28,122 bases of DNA from Eremomyces bilateralis CBS 781.70. Lineage: Eukaryota. Below, piece after piece: positions 9,711-22,213 of the stretch. The stretch lies in the NCBI GenBank assembly GCA_010015585.1, contig ML975169.1; one strand, written 5' to 3'. The notes beneath the pieces were generated by a model. That model saw only the letters and a list, made by a program, of their open reading frames with translations. It made no database searches and was not told the DNA's origin. Within the stretch, counting starts at the first letter, position 1. Each line of letters begins with the position of its first letter. Made by a program: the position numbers and the translations under genes.

Positions 9711-11150
9711 TTAGAACCGAGACTCCACCTTCTGCTCGGTATCCTGCCTCGCCCACTCGCTGTCCGCCTTCTTCGACACAACCGACTTGACCTGCGCCTT
9801 GGTGAATCCCTTGGCCTGAGTAGCCGGGTTATATCCGACCAACGTGCGCTTCGCAACCTCCGCATCCGAGACGGTCGGGGCGGCCGCGCCATCGCCACGC
9901 TTGTACACCGTGCAGACGACGGCACCGCCAAGACCCAAGTTGTGTTGAAGGGCGACCTTGGTATCCGGGACGGCGCGGTTGTTGGCCCAGCCACGCATGT
10001 GCCAGACGAGCTCGGCGCACTGCGCCAGGCCGGTGGCGCCAAGCGGGTGACCCTTGCTGATGAGCCCACCAGACGGGTTGACGACGACCTTGAGGCCGGG
10101 GCCGTAGGTGATGCCACCGCTGCGGACGAGCTCGTGAGCCTTTCCGGGGGCACTGAGGCCGAGCGCGTCGATGGTGACCATCTCGTTGGCGGAGAAGCAG
10201 TCGTGCAGCTCGCAGACCTTGACGTCGGCGGGGGTGGCGCCGGCCTCGGCCAGGGCGCGGGCGGCAGCGGTCTTGGACATGCCGTAGCCGATGAGGTCGA
10301 TGCTGCTGCGGGAGAACAGGTCGGGGGAGTCGGTGGCGAGGCATTGGCCGGCGATGAGGACGGCTTGGGACTTGAGGTGGGGGCGGGCGTCGAGGAAGGA
10401 TTGGGAGACGAGGACGGCGGCGGCACTGCCGTCGGAGGTGGGGCAGCATTGGAGCTTGGTGAGGGGGGCGTGGATCATGGTGGAGTTGAGGACCTGGTCG
10501 AGGGTGTACTCGTCCTGGAACTGAGAGTAGGGGTTCTTGCCGCTGTGCAGATGGTTGATGCGGCCAATCTCGGCGAAGTCCTCGGCTGAGGCGCCGTACC
10601 TAAAGGATGGTCAGTCTCGACGGTACAAAAGGTGAGACAGCTGGGAAACGTACTTCTCCATGTATTCCCGACCAGCGTTACCGAACAGCTGAGCAGCGCC
10701 CGGAGCGTTCGTCACGCCACGGGTCTCCTTCATGATGAGGTTGGTCGTGGCGGTCGGGTTCGAGCGGTCCTGGAAGAAAGTCTGCAAGCTCCCGGGGAAC
10801 ATCTTCTCGAAGCCCACGACGAGCACGCAGTCGGCGGCGCCATGGCTGATCATGTTGCGACCCATAAACAGGCCGGTGGAGCCGGTGGAGCAGTTGTTGT
10901 TGACGTTGTAGATGGGGATCTGGGTCATGCCGAACTGGTAGAAGACGCGCTGACCGCAGGTGCTGTCGCCGTAGCAGTAGCAGGCGACGCCCTGGTCGAC
11001 TTCGTCGTAGTTGATTTGGGCGTCGAGCATCGCCTTGACACCGGCTTCGAAGCCGAGCTCATTGTAGTCGACCTTGCCGCGGGGCTTGATGAACTTGGTC
11101 ATGCCCACGCCCAGCACGTAGCATGGCTCGGTTGCTTTCCTGTTCACCAT
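9711..11150 (-). CDS. SCP2/SCPx-type thiolase (non-specific lipid-transfer protein-like)
   Basis: Exons 11150-10654 and 10599-9711; intron 10600-10653 (GTACGT...CTGAC...TAG). Motifs NVNNNCSTGST, ELHDCFSANE, NPSGGLISKGHPLGATG and QHNLGLGG; C-terminus SRF. Confidence 0.95.
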
Positions 11151-12246
11151 TTTGGCTGATTTCTGTAATTCCGGCTCTTACTGACTCTGAAAGACTGCGT
11201 GACGAAAAAGGACGGTGAGGGTGGCGAATAATATAATGTTTTGCGGGGAGTGCGGGGAAGAGAGAGGAAGTTGGATACAGGAGCCTGGGAAGGGCGGTAT
11301 ATAAATTCTTCTAACGAGGTAAGACTACAATGGCTCGGGTGGCGCTCGGGTTAGAATGTGTCGGATATCCGGTGTCGTTGAATGCCGCCAGCCGTGGGTA
11401 AGTTTAAGGGTGCACGGGGTGGTGTTCTCTCCACAGTCCACACATGTGGAAAGCTTTCGACTCGCGATTAGCGCCCTACGTTGAGGGGAGCCTCGGTAAC
11501 CAACTGCGGTCGCATATCTCCAACATCACTGTTTACTAATACTGTCCTGGCTATTGATGGTACTTTTAACCGTTCAGAAGATAATTACATCGCCTCTTGT
11601 ACTATTTGTTGGGGTTGAGGCAAGACTGTTTGGTATATTCGTTGGTGGAAGACAACTTTCTACAGACACCCCCCCATTCTAGCACGACCCCAGGAGGATC
11701 CGCATGCACTATCGCACGTGTCGGGATACCCATCCCATCTATCCAAAGTAGTACCGAAAATTACCGGCCGTGGTGTTCCCGCTTCCGTCTTTCCAGAACA
11801 TGCACATGAATCGCTCAAGACTCAACGCCTTGCCACGGCTTCGGCCTGGTTGCTCAACTCCGGCTTTCTGATCCGCCATGCTCCGTAGTTTCTGGTTGGA
11901 AGCATCAGCGCTGCGTAGCTCTTCTCTCTATGAAAGACGACCCGGGTAGGAGGGCGCCGGAAGCCGTGGCTGCGATCAGCCCCTCCGACAGGTTGGAATA
12001 ATAACTAATCCATCTGTTTTTGGGATTGTTATTCGTTGGTGAAATGTCCGACAGGATCTCGGTCTGTGGACTCGGGCCGAAGCGCGATCTCGGTAGTCCG
12101 GACACCGACTACTGTCCCAACATGGTCGCGCACCAAGTATCCTGATGTTTGAGCTTGTGACGTCGCCTTTGCCGATGCACAGGTCCTGCCAACAACGGCC
12201 CGTACGGCTAAATGGATACCTGCATACGCTCAATAGCACATGTCGT

Positions 12247-13308
12247 TTAACTCAGTATTTTCCGGCCCTTGGGGGGCGTCCTGTCTTCGTGATATGGCCA
12301 CTTGGGGCGCGGAACAACCTTCGTTTCCGGCATATACTTCTCGAGCAGCCGGTAGGAAGTTGCGGTAGTCAGCGTACTGCTGATCCAGTAAAGCTGCACG
12401 GCGGCTGGGAAGAGAGAAGAAACCGGAAAGTAAGCGAAGGAGAAAATGATCAGCATGCGCCGAATCACCTTCCGGCTGAGCAATCTCTGGCGCAAGGTGG
12501 GTTCTTGACCTAGTACGGGGGCCTCGGTCGGTTGTTTTGAGCGGAGGAAGACCTCAAGCAAGTTTACTATGGTGATGGTCGCTGGTAGAACGAGTAACGG
12601 GTCGGGGACACACAAATCCGTGAACCATAGTATGCCTTCAGTGTGGAACGATGGCTCCAACCATTGAGTTACCGAATTGATGCCCGCTGTGCTGGTGGCC
12701 TGTATCGTCGTGTCCGCAATTGTGCCGGAGCTCTGTGAAGGAACCGAGTCGAACAAGAATGACCCTCTTCCAGCCATTCGTCTCAAGCTCTCCGCCACGG
12801 CCAGGAAGATGGGAAACTGAACAAATGGCAAGACGGCCGTCCAAGGTTTCCAGCGGAACGTTTTGCTCAAACGTTTCCGGTTATTTGCATTGGTCGATCT
12901 GACCAAATTGGTCTTTGCCCTAGCCGTGAGGTCCCGGCGCTGCGAGACGATGCGCTCGGTGATCGCGAAATTGGAGTGTAGCATCGGTCGCATGAGCGAG
13001 AAGCGAAGGGCATGGCGTCGAGCGGGGATATTGAGCGCAGCGAAGGTTAAGCATCGTAGGGTTACCGCAGCCACGGGGATTGCGAATGCCCAAGACAGGT
13101 GTGCATCGTGGAAGAGGTGGAACCACTCGGTGAAGACGTCGACTACCTTCTCGACGGTGGGATTGGACGCGATATGCCGGCTGCCCGGGGAGCGAATAAA
13201 TTGTCGTGCATCGTTTTGGAGTCGGGGTGATGGATGTGTAAAGATTAGCTGCGGGGGACTAACACGATGCGTTGTCCCAAGGCGAAAAAGTGGCCTGCTC
13301 AAAGCCAT
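12247..13308 (-). CDS. COX18: Oxa1/YidC family mitochondrial insertase, Cox18-like
   Basis: 353 aa; Arg-rich presequence-like N-terminus; LSWAFAIPVAAVTLR, LPFVQFPIF, EGILWFTDLCVPDP and PAAVQLYWISS motifs; no long Oxa1-type basic C-tail. Confidence 0.85.
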   Translation of the reverse strand: MALSRPLFRLGTTHRVSPPQLIFTHPSPRLQNDARQFIRSPGSRHIASNPTVEKVVDVFTEWFHLFHDAHLSWAFAIPVAAVTLRCLTFAALNIPARRHALRFSLMRPMLHSNFAITERIVSQRRDLTARAKTNLVRSTNANNRKRLSKTFRWKPWTAVLPFVQFPIFLAVAESLRRMAGRGSFLFDSVPSQSSGTIADTTIQATSTAGINSVTQWLEPSFHTEGILWFTDLCVPDPLLVLPATITIVNLLEVFLRSKQPTEAPVLGQEPTLRQRLLSRKVIRRMLIIFSFAYFPVSSLFPAAVQLYWISSTLTTATSYRLLEKYMPETKVVPRPKWPYHEDRTPPKGRKILS

Positions 13309-13932
13309 GGATGAAGTAGCATAACAGGTAGAAGACTAGCCTTTGGTCCAATTGAAGAAGAACGAGCGGGAAACCACTTGACCGGCATGAAAGTCTAAGC
13401 AGAGAGATATATAAGGAAAGAGCGGGGGCGCAACGACCGGCATCCACCTACACGGACAGTTCAATTCATCAGAAGGGGAACGTTGTCTGATGTTTTACGA
13501 TTTGCTACCCAATTGAGCCTGGGGAAGTTGAATTCGAGATGTGGCTGAAGCATCGATTTCAGGGTCTCACTGACTCACTCGCCACAACTTGCACGTGAAA
13601 CTAGTTGTACCCCTGCAGTGTAGGAGCCTTACAGCCTTAGAGTCAACATCCCTCCATCCATTGAGAGAGTCAGGGAATAGCACGAGGGACACCGAGCCAT
13701 CAGCCAACGGCCCATTGACATCCAACTGAAAAGGATCAAACACGACATGCTGCCTGACGTTCGTCGTCATAAAAGACATGGATTCTGACGCGGAACCCGA
13801 AGCAGAACATTGCCAATAACTAACCAGAGTGAAATTGTCTCTGCATCTTCAGGACAGTACGGACAACTCCCTTCCGTCCTGACGCTCTATTGTCACGCTG
13901 TCTATTGTCCAGTCATTCTCTCCAGGGATAAT

Positions 13933-15767
13933 ATGGCGTCTACACTCGTTCTTCTCCTACTATCCTTTCTCGCCTCCGTGGCCCTTGCGCCTCTTGCGTT
14001 TCGGTATAGTGGAAAGGTCTTGGGGTTGTGTATTCGCGCCAGGAGCACCGATCGTCGCAACATCCTCCTCGAAGCCTCTCAGTCTACGGAGGGGCAGACT
14101 GCCATACATCTCGAGAAGCCTGCACTACGTGACGAAGACGAAGATGGGGATTGGGAACAGGTCGGCAGTATAGAGCTCCCAGCTGTCGAGAATGGGAAGC
14201 CCGCAGGAAAGGATTGGAGAGGCGTGATCGGATTCTTCCATCCGTTCTGGTATAGCATCCCGAACACTTGAGCAGACTGTAGAAGTGCGCTGACATGATT
14301 GACAGCAATGCTGGCGGAGGTGGAGAACGAGTCCTTTGGGCGGCGATCCGTGCAACCCGAATACGATACCCTTCGGCCGTCCTAGTTATATACACAGGCG
14401 ACCACGGTGCCACCAAATCCGCGATCCTATCCCGAGTTCAGGAGCGTTTCAACATCGACCTCGAACCTACGAACCTCCATTTCCTCTACCTCTCGACGCG
14501 GCACTATGTCCTGGCGAGCACATGGCCGCACTTCACGCTTCTCGGGCAGAGTATCGGCAGCCTCGTGCTTGCGCTGGACGCATTTTCTCTCCTGGTCCCG
14601 GACATCTTCGTGGACACAATGGGATATGCTTTCGCGGTCGCATTAAGCAAGTGGCTGTTCCCCGATGTTCCTACGGGCGCTTATGTGCACTATCCGACGA
14701 TATCGACGGATATGCTAGACAGCCTCACTCCGTCAAGTACCGCCCAAGACCATAGGGGCGTCAATGCCGGCGCCGGGACTGGCGCGAAGGGACTCGCGAA
14801 ACGAAAGTACTGGGAATTGTTCGCCAAGCTATACAGCAGAATGGGCGGGGAGGTGGACGCGGTAATGACCAACTCTAGCTGGACCCAGGCACACATTCAG
14901 ACCCTCTGGGGTTCTCGTCGGAAGAAGCTGCGACGAAACAATCCTATATCGGTCGTATACCCGCCCGTCGCTGTCGAGGAACTGGAGCAGGAGATCATCG
15001 TGTCCCGAGACACCGAATCGAACCGAAAACCCTATCTACTTTACATCGCGCAGTTCCGCCCAGAGAAGAACCATGAGCTGATCCTGGAAGCCTTTGCTTC
15101 GTTCTTGAAAGAGTGGAAGCAAAAAAAAGGGATCAGCATTTCTACTGCAACACCAACCGTTTCACCTACCCTCTCTGCGTCCAATAGACTTTTAACTCCG
15201 GAAAGAAAGACTCATTCCCGCAATAGATCTCAACCACCTCCGAACCCAACCGTCCCCCACCTTCTCCTGCTCGGCTCTGTCCGCTCAGACGCCGATAGCA
15301 CACGCGTGTACAACCTCCGGCTCCTCACCCACGAACTCCGCCTGACAGAACACGTCACATTCCTCTGCGACGCCTCCTGGCCAGAAGTCCTCCAGTATCT
15401 CGGCTCTAGCACAGTCGGCGTGAACGGCATGTGGAACGAGCATTTCGGCATCGGCGTCGTGGAATACCAAGCCGCCGGGCTAATTTCCGTGGTCAACGCT
15501 AGCGGCGGCCCGAAGAATGATATCGTCGTCGACGTGACAGGCGGGTCGACTGAGGACGGCGGCGCGGGCCGGACGGGATTTCATGCGAGCACGGCGGCGG
15601 AATACCAGGAGGCGTTCATGTCGGCGATGGAACTGCCGGACGGGGAGAAGGTAAAGATGCGGCTACGGGCGAGGAGGAATGCGAGGCGGTTTTCGGAGGC
15701 GGAGTTCAGCGGGAAGTGGCTGGACCATCTTGCGATGTTGGTTGATATGCGTAGGCGGAAGGGATGA
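13933..15767 (+). CDS. ALG11: GDP-Man:Man3GlcNAc2-PP-Dol alpha-1,2-mannosyltransferase
   Basis: Intron 14250-14305 joins GFFHPFC|NAGGGGERVLW. Also PDIFVDTMGYAF, AYVHYPTISTDML, AQFRPEKNH and MWNEHFGIGVVEY; N-terminal hydrophobic anchor. Confidence 0.96.
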
Positions 15768-16003
15768 CGAGATTTCCGGCGACTTGGCAATGATACCCCG
15801 ATTAAACGTTGAGTACAATGCACGGTATATCTTGGGTCCTTTGCAATGCTGGTTTCTTGTGGCCATATGATTTTTTGACCTTTCTACTCCATGGTGGACA
15901 TATGGTTTGCTATTCCCCTTGATGGTCGACGGACATTACAGTGCCCAACTCTCCTCAAATAAAATCACCACAATATTTGGGCACTGCCATCCCTCTCACT
16001 CCT

Positions 16004-16393
16004 ATGGCGTCCCAGTCGCTGGAAAGTGGTTCTGCTGCCCCTCTATCCCCGCTTGAGACTAGGGTCAAGACGGAAAGAGAAGATGTGCAACGAGGCATTT
16101 CGCAGCTTAGGCCAATATCAAGTTCAATATCGGCAGAGGAGTACCCGCGTGTAATCGAGAAGGATCAAATTTTTACATTTTCAGCGCCCGCTGATGGGTT
16201 CTCCCATCAACGCCTTCCGAGTTACGAGTCGTGGACACCGGATTTGGAACATTGGCTTGCTCGAGATCGAGCGGGGAGTCCTTTACATAGACTTTTCGAT
16301 ATTATTCCTTCCAGCAAGAAGGGTGAGCAAATGGGTCAAGATGTTGAGGATCAGAATATCATTGAGACACTTCTTGCGAAGTGGACGGACTAG
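16004..16393 (+). CDS. Hypothetical protein, 129 aa
   Basis: Non-overlapping ORF between ALG11 and the next gene's 3' end, with an ATG at 16004. It ends in IIETLLAKWTD, resembling the acidic LLxxWT C-terminus I recall from fungal hypothetical proteins. No family recognised. Confidence 0.45.
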   Translation: MASQSLESGSAAPLSPLETRVKTEREDVQRGISQLRPISSSISAEEYPRVIEKDQIFTFSAPADGFSHQRLPSYESWTPDLEHWLARDRAGSPLHRLFDIIPSSKKGEQMGQDVEDQNIIETLLAKWTD

Positions 16394-16650
16394 CAAAGCT
16401 TCTAACGCTGATCATATACACATCCAATCTTCCTTGGGTAGACTGATGTTGAGGAGACAACCTATTCGAAATCAATGGCAACTGTTATATACGCATTCAT
16501 AATGGTATCGCTGCTTCCCACCAAAATGAACCGGGCACCGACTGCACGCCAGTAATCTCTATATCCAGATACCCATACCGAAACCCCACACCAAAGCAAA
16601 ACATCCCAGAACTCCTAGTAATGCCGCGCAGATACCTATGCATGACCGAA

Positions 16651-19596
16651 TCAGAGCCTCACTTTGGCCCCGATCCCTTTCCCCTTATACCAAATCCACT
16701 CCTCCCACCGCCCCACCCGGACCCCCACCTCCGCCTCGGCATGCAACTTCAGCGATCCCCCCAACGCCTTCCGGACCGCATCGTACCCCACGCTTCCGGC
16801 ATCCCAGTCCACGGGAAGTCGCGGAGTTTCGGAGATACCAGGCGGAACGGCAAAGGGGAACTCGTACTGAAGGTGGCCGACGGGGTCGTGTTTGTAGAAA
16901 GCAGTGGCATTGATCTTGGTGATGAAAAGGGTTGTGGAGGTGAGGGGGGAGACGAGGAGGAAGGTGGCGGTGGAGGACCAGAGGTGCATCTGCGGGAAGG
17001 TGGTCAGCCAGCTGTAGACTCCATGATCGAGGTGTGATGGTGAGGAAAAACACGGTTTCAACCCTGGCGGGCAGCTACGCGCGGTTGACACTAACCGTAA
17101 ATGATAAAGCAGGCTACAATAACGTTTCATCCATAAATCATAAGCTTGGTGCAAAGTCTAAGAGAGTTCGTAGTACCGTTGCTCCTTGGATAAAATGTGG
17201 CTTGCCGTCCGAGCCATCCCCGTTTCCGGCGCCGGGGGCGGAACCGAAACTAGGGGTTGGAAATTCGATTTCGAGGGAAGAGAGGGCTTCGCCAATTTCA
17301 GGGTGGGAAGGGATGCTGTTTCGGTGGGTTCGAAGGGTGATGGTGGTGTTGTAACCTGAAAGTTTCAGCATCTAAAGGTCTCAGGGGGCTGGATAGACTT
17401 ACCAGAGAGGTACTGCGAAATCAATTCACGACCTATTGCTGCTCCGGTATTGCCACTCTCTGTAATCGGATCATATGTTGCCCGAACTACAATATTGGTG
17501 TTGTTCCCAGGATTGATTTCGATCGACTCGGTTGTGGCATGGCCGAGGACCGTGCCGTTCACGACAACTTTGATGTCAAAGTACGGAACAGTCGCAGAGT
17601 AGTTGGTAGGGTTGGTGAAATTGGCTAGGGCTAGAAACTGGATCGAATCCGGCGTCGTTTCAACAATGGTTACATTTCCGACTTGAGGTGCTAGTGATCC
17701 CCAGCCTGAGCCGAGTCCGATGGCTATAGTTTCGTTAGAATTTCCTCAAGCGGAGACGAAATAAGCGTACGTTTGATTGGGAATACACCAGACGCAGGAA
17801 GGTCACGGAGAGTGAGGGCTGTCAGGGTCGTCGCCATCTTCACGTCCACAGTAGCCTCGATCGTCAAGAACGCTGTTTGTTTCTTAAAGAGCAATGTCGC
17901 GACCAGCTGAGTGAACAAATCTTGATCGGTGATCTTCAAGGGGGCTCCGTCGACATGAGCCTGGACTAGGAGACCACCAAGCTCGTCCGGGTCCGTCAAC
18001 CTCCTCGAACTGGCTTCTTGCCATTTTTGCAAATTCAGCTCCCCAAGTTTCTTCTCCTTCCAGTGCACATCGGCTAGAGCTCGTACATGGCTGACGTTCA
18101 CGGTGAAATCCAGCTGATCAGGAAGATTGACGATCGCTTCGATGTCAGCAGAGATCTCGGGGTCGTTGTCGGTCTCTGATTCTGGGTCGGGAAGCTTGAA
18201 ATGGACGTCGGTGAGGGAAAAATTGCGAATTAGGTGGTCGATTGCGGGGCCTTTAAAAGGAACCGGAATGGTTATTGAGGACAATAGGTTGGTGATCCAC
18301 TTGGGCGTCTCCACATCGGGGGAATCGGAGCCACGGATATATACGGTCGTCTCTGCTCCATGGATGTAGTCCTTGACAATCATATCAAGAGGGGACTTTT
18401 GTGAGCCAGGGCACACATCCATCAGCGACTCAGGTATTCGTCTGACGAACCCTGTCCCATTAGCGACGATATCCGCGTTCGGGGAGATATGAAGGGGTTC
18501 GCAAAACGCATCCGCAACCATGATTTGAGGGTCATTGGGGGAGCAGCCATCCACAAGGATTCCGAATCCAAGTGGTGGAATCGTCAGATCTAAAGGATAT
18601 GGATTAGGCACTTTCATTGACACATCCGCCTGCAGTCCCTGGTTGCCGTCCGGAAGGTCGGCGTCGTGTACTACAAGATGGGTGATGTTATATTTTGGAA
18701 TTGCCGGAATATCCGTTGCTTCGCAGCGGCGGATGCTCTCATGTTAGCCGTATTGTTCTGAATCCGACTATGGTTTTACACAACTAACCTGAAACGGTCC
18801 TGGAGTAGATGATGGTTCGATTTCCGAGATCGATAATCCCAGAACGAACAGGAATATGTGCTATTCCCCGTATATTGACCGTCGTTAGTTGGCCTCTGAA
18901 ATATGCTCCTGCGGCCGACCGAATAGGTTCCACCGCTGCTGGAATGAGATTCGCCACTTCTTTGATCTTATTAACCCGTTTATCACGGACATCTGCTTTC
19001 ACGGGCGGAAGCACCGCAATCCCAACCACCGCATCGCCGAAATCCGGTAGAAAGACGTTGACTCTCGACTCTCCACTTTGGATTTCGCGAGCAATCCACG
19101 TCCCTATTCGTCCTAGGTTCCGGATGGCGAAACGCTCCACGCGGGAAGAATCGAACTGGACCATGAATTCCACGTTGGCGTGGACTCCATCCGGCGTGAC
19201 CGAGTCGAAAGTGAGGGTCGTGGGCTCGAAAACGACGGCTTGCGACGCGTATTCTTCTATGATGACGGGGACCACGAAGCGGAATACCAGGATCGCGGCG
19301 GCGACGAGACAGAGGAGGAGAAGAGCAACCGCGCTTGGCCATCGCTTTCCTGGGTGCGTTGTTTCGTCCCGCGTGCTAGAGGAGAGTAGTGAGTGGGTTT
19401 CTGCCAAGCCACTGGCAGCGACTTCGCCATCTTCGTCGTCTTCATGGTTGCCAACCTGGACATCTTCGTTACGGGATAGAAGGGGCGTTCGCTCCGTTGC
19501 GTTCTTGTCGCCTTGCGAATCTCTCGAACGTAACGACCTGCTTGAGGGAGATCTAGAGGTGGAAGCTCCGGTGGTATCCGGCGCTGGGTCTGCCAT
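16651..19596 (-). CDS. Tag1/DUF3712-like single-pass membrane protein (LEA-2-like beta domains)
   Basis: Five exons with introns 18719-18788, 17724-17770, 17356-17402 and 16990-17176, all GT-AG and frame-restoring. N-terminal ERTPLL dileucine-type sorting motif, one TM helix, NFTNPTNYSATVPY, ELISQYLSGYNTTITL and C-terminal YKGKGIGAKVRL. Confidence 0.85.
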
Positions 19597-20185
19597 TACG
19601 GGAAGCAGAGTGGAGGCTTCAATGGTAACGACTCGGTGGCATGGTGATTAGGAATCAGCGAGAGAGATGGACGACCCGGTCACCTAGAGATCAAGAAGAA
19701 GGGGCGAAGGGATTTATGAGCGTTACGAAGCAGCTTTCGGTGACATGTGAGCTTGAAACATGGATAGAGCTATGGTCAATGGAGCTGGCGCAGAGGGGGT
19801 TTGAGTTCCACCAGCCATCTGCCCATGGGGTCTGGGGAATATGCAGGCTTGGGGGAGGGGGAAGGGGAGGACAAGGTTGGCCTAGCGGATGACGATGATT
19901 GTCGCGGAGTGGGACTAATGCGGTTAGTCCAGGGTAGCGCAAATCTCACGTGACACCGAAACTCCTAGCAGGTGTCCCTTTTTTATTATTTTACACCTGC
20001 TCTGGGGGCAATATATTGATTGTTTTGAAATGATTGGATTATATGGTACGCAGTAGTAAATATGATAGGCTGAAACAGCAAAGTATGTGACGCTACGCTT
20101 CTTGCTAAGACATACCACAGTACCACTACCCCAAGTGATCTCCGCAATAGTGCGAAACGCTCGACCTTCCTTATCTCAGCTTGGG

Positions 20186-20298
20186 CTCAGACGTTACTCA
20201 AGCCATGACACTGGTTAAGCTAAACCGTAACCAGATTAAACCCATGTTTAGCGTTAAAACTAGTCACGTGAGTGCAACTGTCTTGTGTAACGTCTGAG
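20186..20298. repeat. Left subterminal inverted repeat (20-bp arms)
   Basis: CTCAGACGTTACTCAAGCCA (20186-20205) versus reverse complement of 20279-20298, CTCAGACGTTACACAAGACA: 18/20. Confidence 0.85.
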
Positions 20299-20541
20299 AA
20301 ACTGTTGCGAATTTCCTGTGGAGTCGACGTGATGAGAATTGCTAGAATTGACGAGATATTCGAATAACATCATATGGAGAAGTTGAGTGGGCTCCAAAAG
20401 TTGATGAAATATAGATAAGGGTTTGTTAAACCGTCCTATGGCTTTTAAATATCAAACTGCTAACTGTACATTCTGTAACTAGAGTTTTAAAACTGCTTGT
20501 TGCGTCATCACTTGACGGGATCAATCTCCAGGTCACCCTCC

Positions 20542-21910
20542 ATGCGAGTGAAGCGGCGGCGAGGCCGCGCCCATCAGCATGAAATCCCCTCATACCAGAA
20601 TCCGGCCTCTTTACAATCAGCTTCTATCCAGAAAACGATTGAAGAACGGATATCCACCATTGCAACGACGCCAGAGAAAGAGTTATGTTCGGTACTGCAA
20701 GAGTTAGTCAAGGCCTGTCTGATACGAAAGAATGCCACATACCAGCATGATCTTATCTTCCACGGTTTACAGCGACTCCTGGGTGGTCGGCTCCCACGTA
20801 TCAACCAGGTTCGGGCTCTTCGACGAATTGTTTTTCGCCATGGGGATACTATTGTCTCTGCTAAGACTGGTTTTGGGAAGAGCATCATCTTCCATGCTAT
20901 CCCAATCTTTATTAGAAGAATTGTCATCCAGTTGATTCCTTTAAGCAAGCTTGGAGAGGAGCAGAAGCGGTCGATTGAACAGTTACCAGAGGCCAGGCCT
21001 TGCCTTGTTACAGCGGAGACCAAGCACACGAATCCGAACCTGTACAAGGAGATTGCAGCTGGGTTATATACCCATATCTTGATGGGTCCTGAGCAAGCAG
21101 TTAGCGATGAGTTTCGTGATTTGCTGTTAAATCCTGATGTAAAGAATAAGATTGGCGTGGTTGCAATTGACGAGCTCCATGTTATGGAGCAATGTGGAAT
21201 CGATCTTCCCACGAGCGCAGCAAAGGATTCCAATTCCAGCTGGGGTGATCATTCCTCAAGAAGCGCAGTGGGCTATTGCTCGTATGTATACCTGTGTGAA
21301 GAACTCAACGATACCTATACCAAATCAGGAGGCATTGTCAGCCCTCTTTGATATCGAAAACTGGGAATATCAGAATACCCTCCTCGATCCTTTCCTGGTA
21401 TTCCTTGTCCAGATTGTTCCAGACGTATACTCGAAGCACGACGCGATACTAGAGGAACGAAAGTACAAGAGGAACATTAAGGCATTGGCCGGAAAGGCTA
21501 CAGAGGCTGCTGCTCAAGACTTGAGGAGTAATCGTCAAGACTCGAGTATTGTACCTAATCCCACTTTATCTAAAGAGGAAAAGGTTGCTCAACATGTCCG
21601 CAGTCGTCAGCTGGCAGATGATAGGGATGGGCTCCGGGTTACCATGCATAACGAGCTACTTGCGCAGCAGCTTAATGAGTATCGGGAAACATTCAAACCC
21701 TGCCATTGGCCCTCGTTTTCATCACAGTCGGAGGCATCGGAAGGGTCGCAGGAATTAGGAAGCTCGTTTGTCGTGGGAGAGGAGTTATCGTTCGTATCAC
21801 AAATTAGCGTTAAGTTAGATTCTGGTACAGATGATTCGACTATAATCCCCTCAGATATTAAAACTCCTATACCTGTTAACATTTGGCCGCGCAGCCAAAC
21901 GGCCAAATGA
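20542..21910 (+). pseudogene. RecQ-like superfamily 2 helicase, internally deleted
   Basis: NQVRAL (Q-motif-like), DTIVSAKTGFGKS (motif I), IPLSKLGEEQ (Ia), ILMGPEQ (Ib) and VAIDELH (II). Homology stops at ~21194; motifs III-VI are absent. The downstream part is in another frame (ORF 21152-21910). Confidence 0.8.
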
Positions 21911-21948
21911 GCTGCTCAAGATTCTTCTTCAGGTATGCGCACAAGAAG

Positions 21949-22213
21949 NNNNNNNNNNNNNNNNNNNNNNNNNNNNNNNNNNNNNNNNNNNNNNNNNNNN
22001 NNNNNNNNNNNNNNNNNNNNNNNNNNNNNNNNNNNNNNNNNNNNNNNNNNNNNNNNNNNNNNNNNNNNNNNNNNNNNNNNNNNNNNNNNNNNNNNNNNNN
22101 NNNNNNNNNNNNNNNNNNNNNNNNNNNNNNNNNNNNNNNNNNNNNNNNNNNNNNNNNNNNNNNNNNNNNNNNNNNNNNNNNNNNNNNNNNNNNNNNNNNN
22201 NNNNNNNNNNNNN
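21949..22213. other. Assembly gap (265 N)
   Basis: Run of N inside the transposon. Confidence 1.

Noticed and set aside
9647..11159. Long antisense and alternative-frame ORFs over the thiolase gene
   Set aside because: Shadow ORFs caused by very high GC3 codon bias; similar shadows over the other core genes were also ignored.
11597..12240. Short ORFs between the thiolase promoter and the COX18 stop
   Set aside because: No homology recognised and no consistent exon structure.
20497..21910. Host SGS1/RecQ gene, telomere-linked helicase or Helitron
   Set aside because: Truncated and bounded by TIR plus TSD; no telomere repeats; the helicase is SF2 RecQ-like, not the PIF1-like type of Helitrons.
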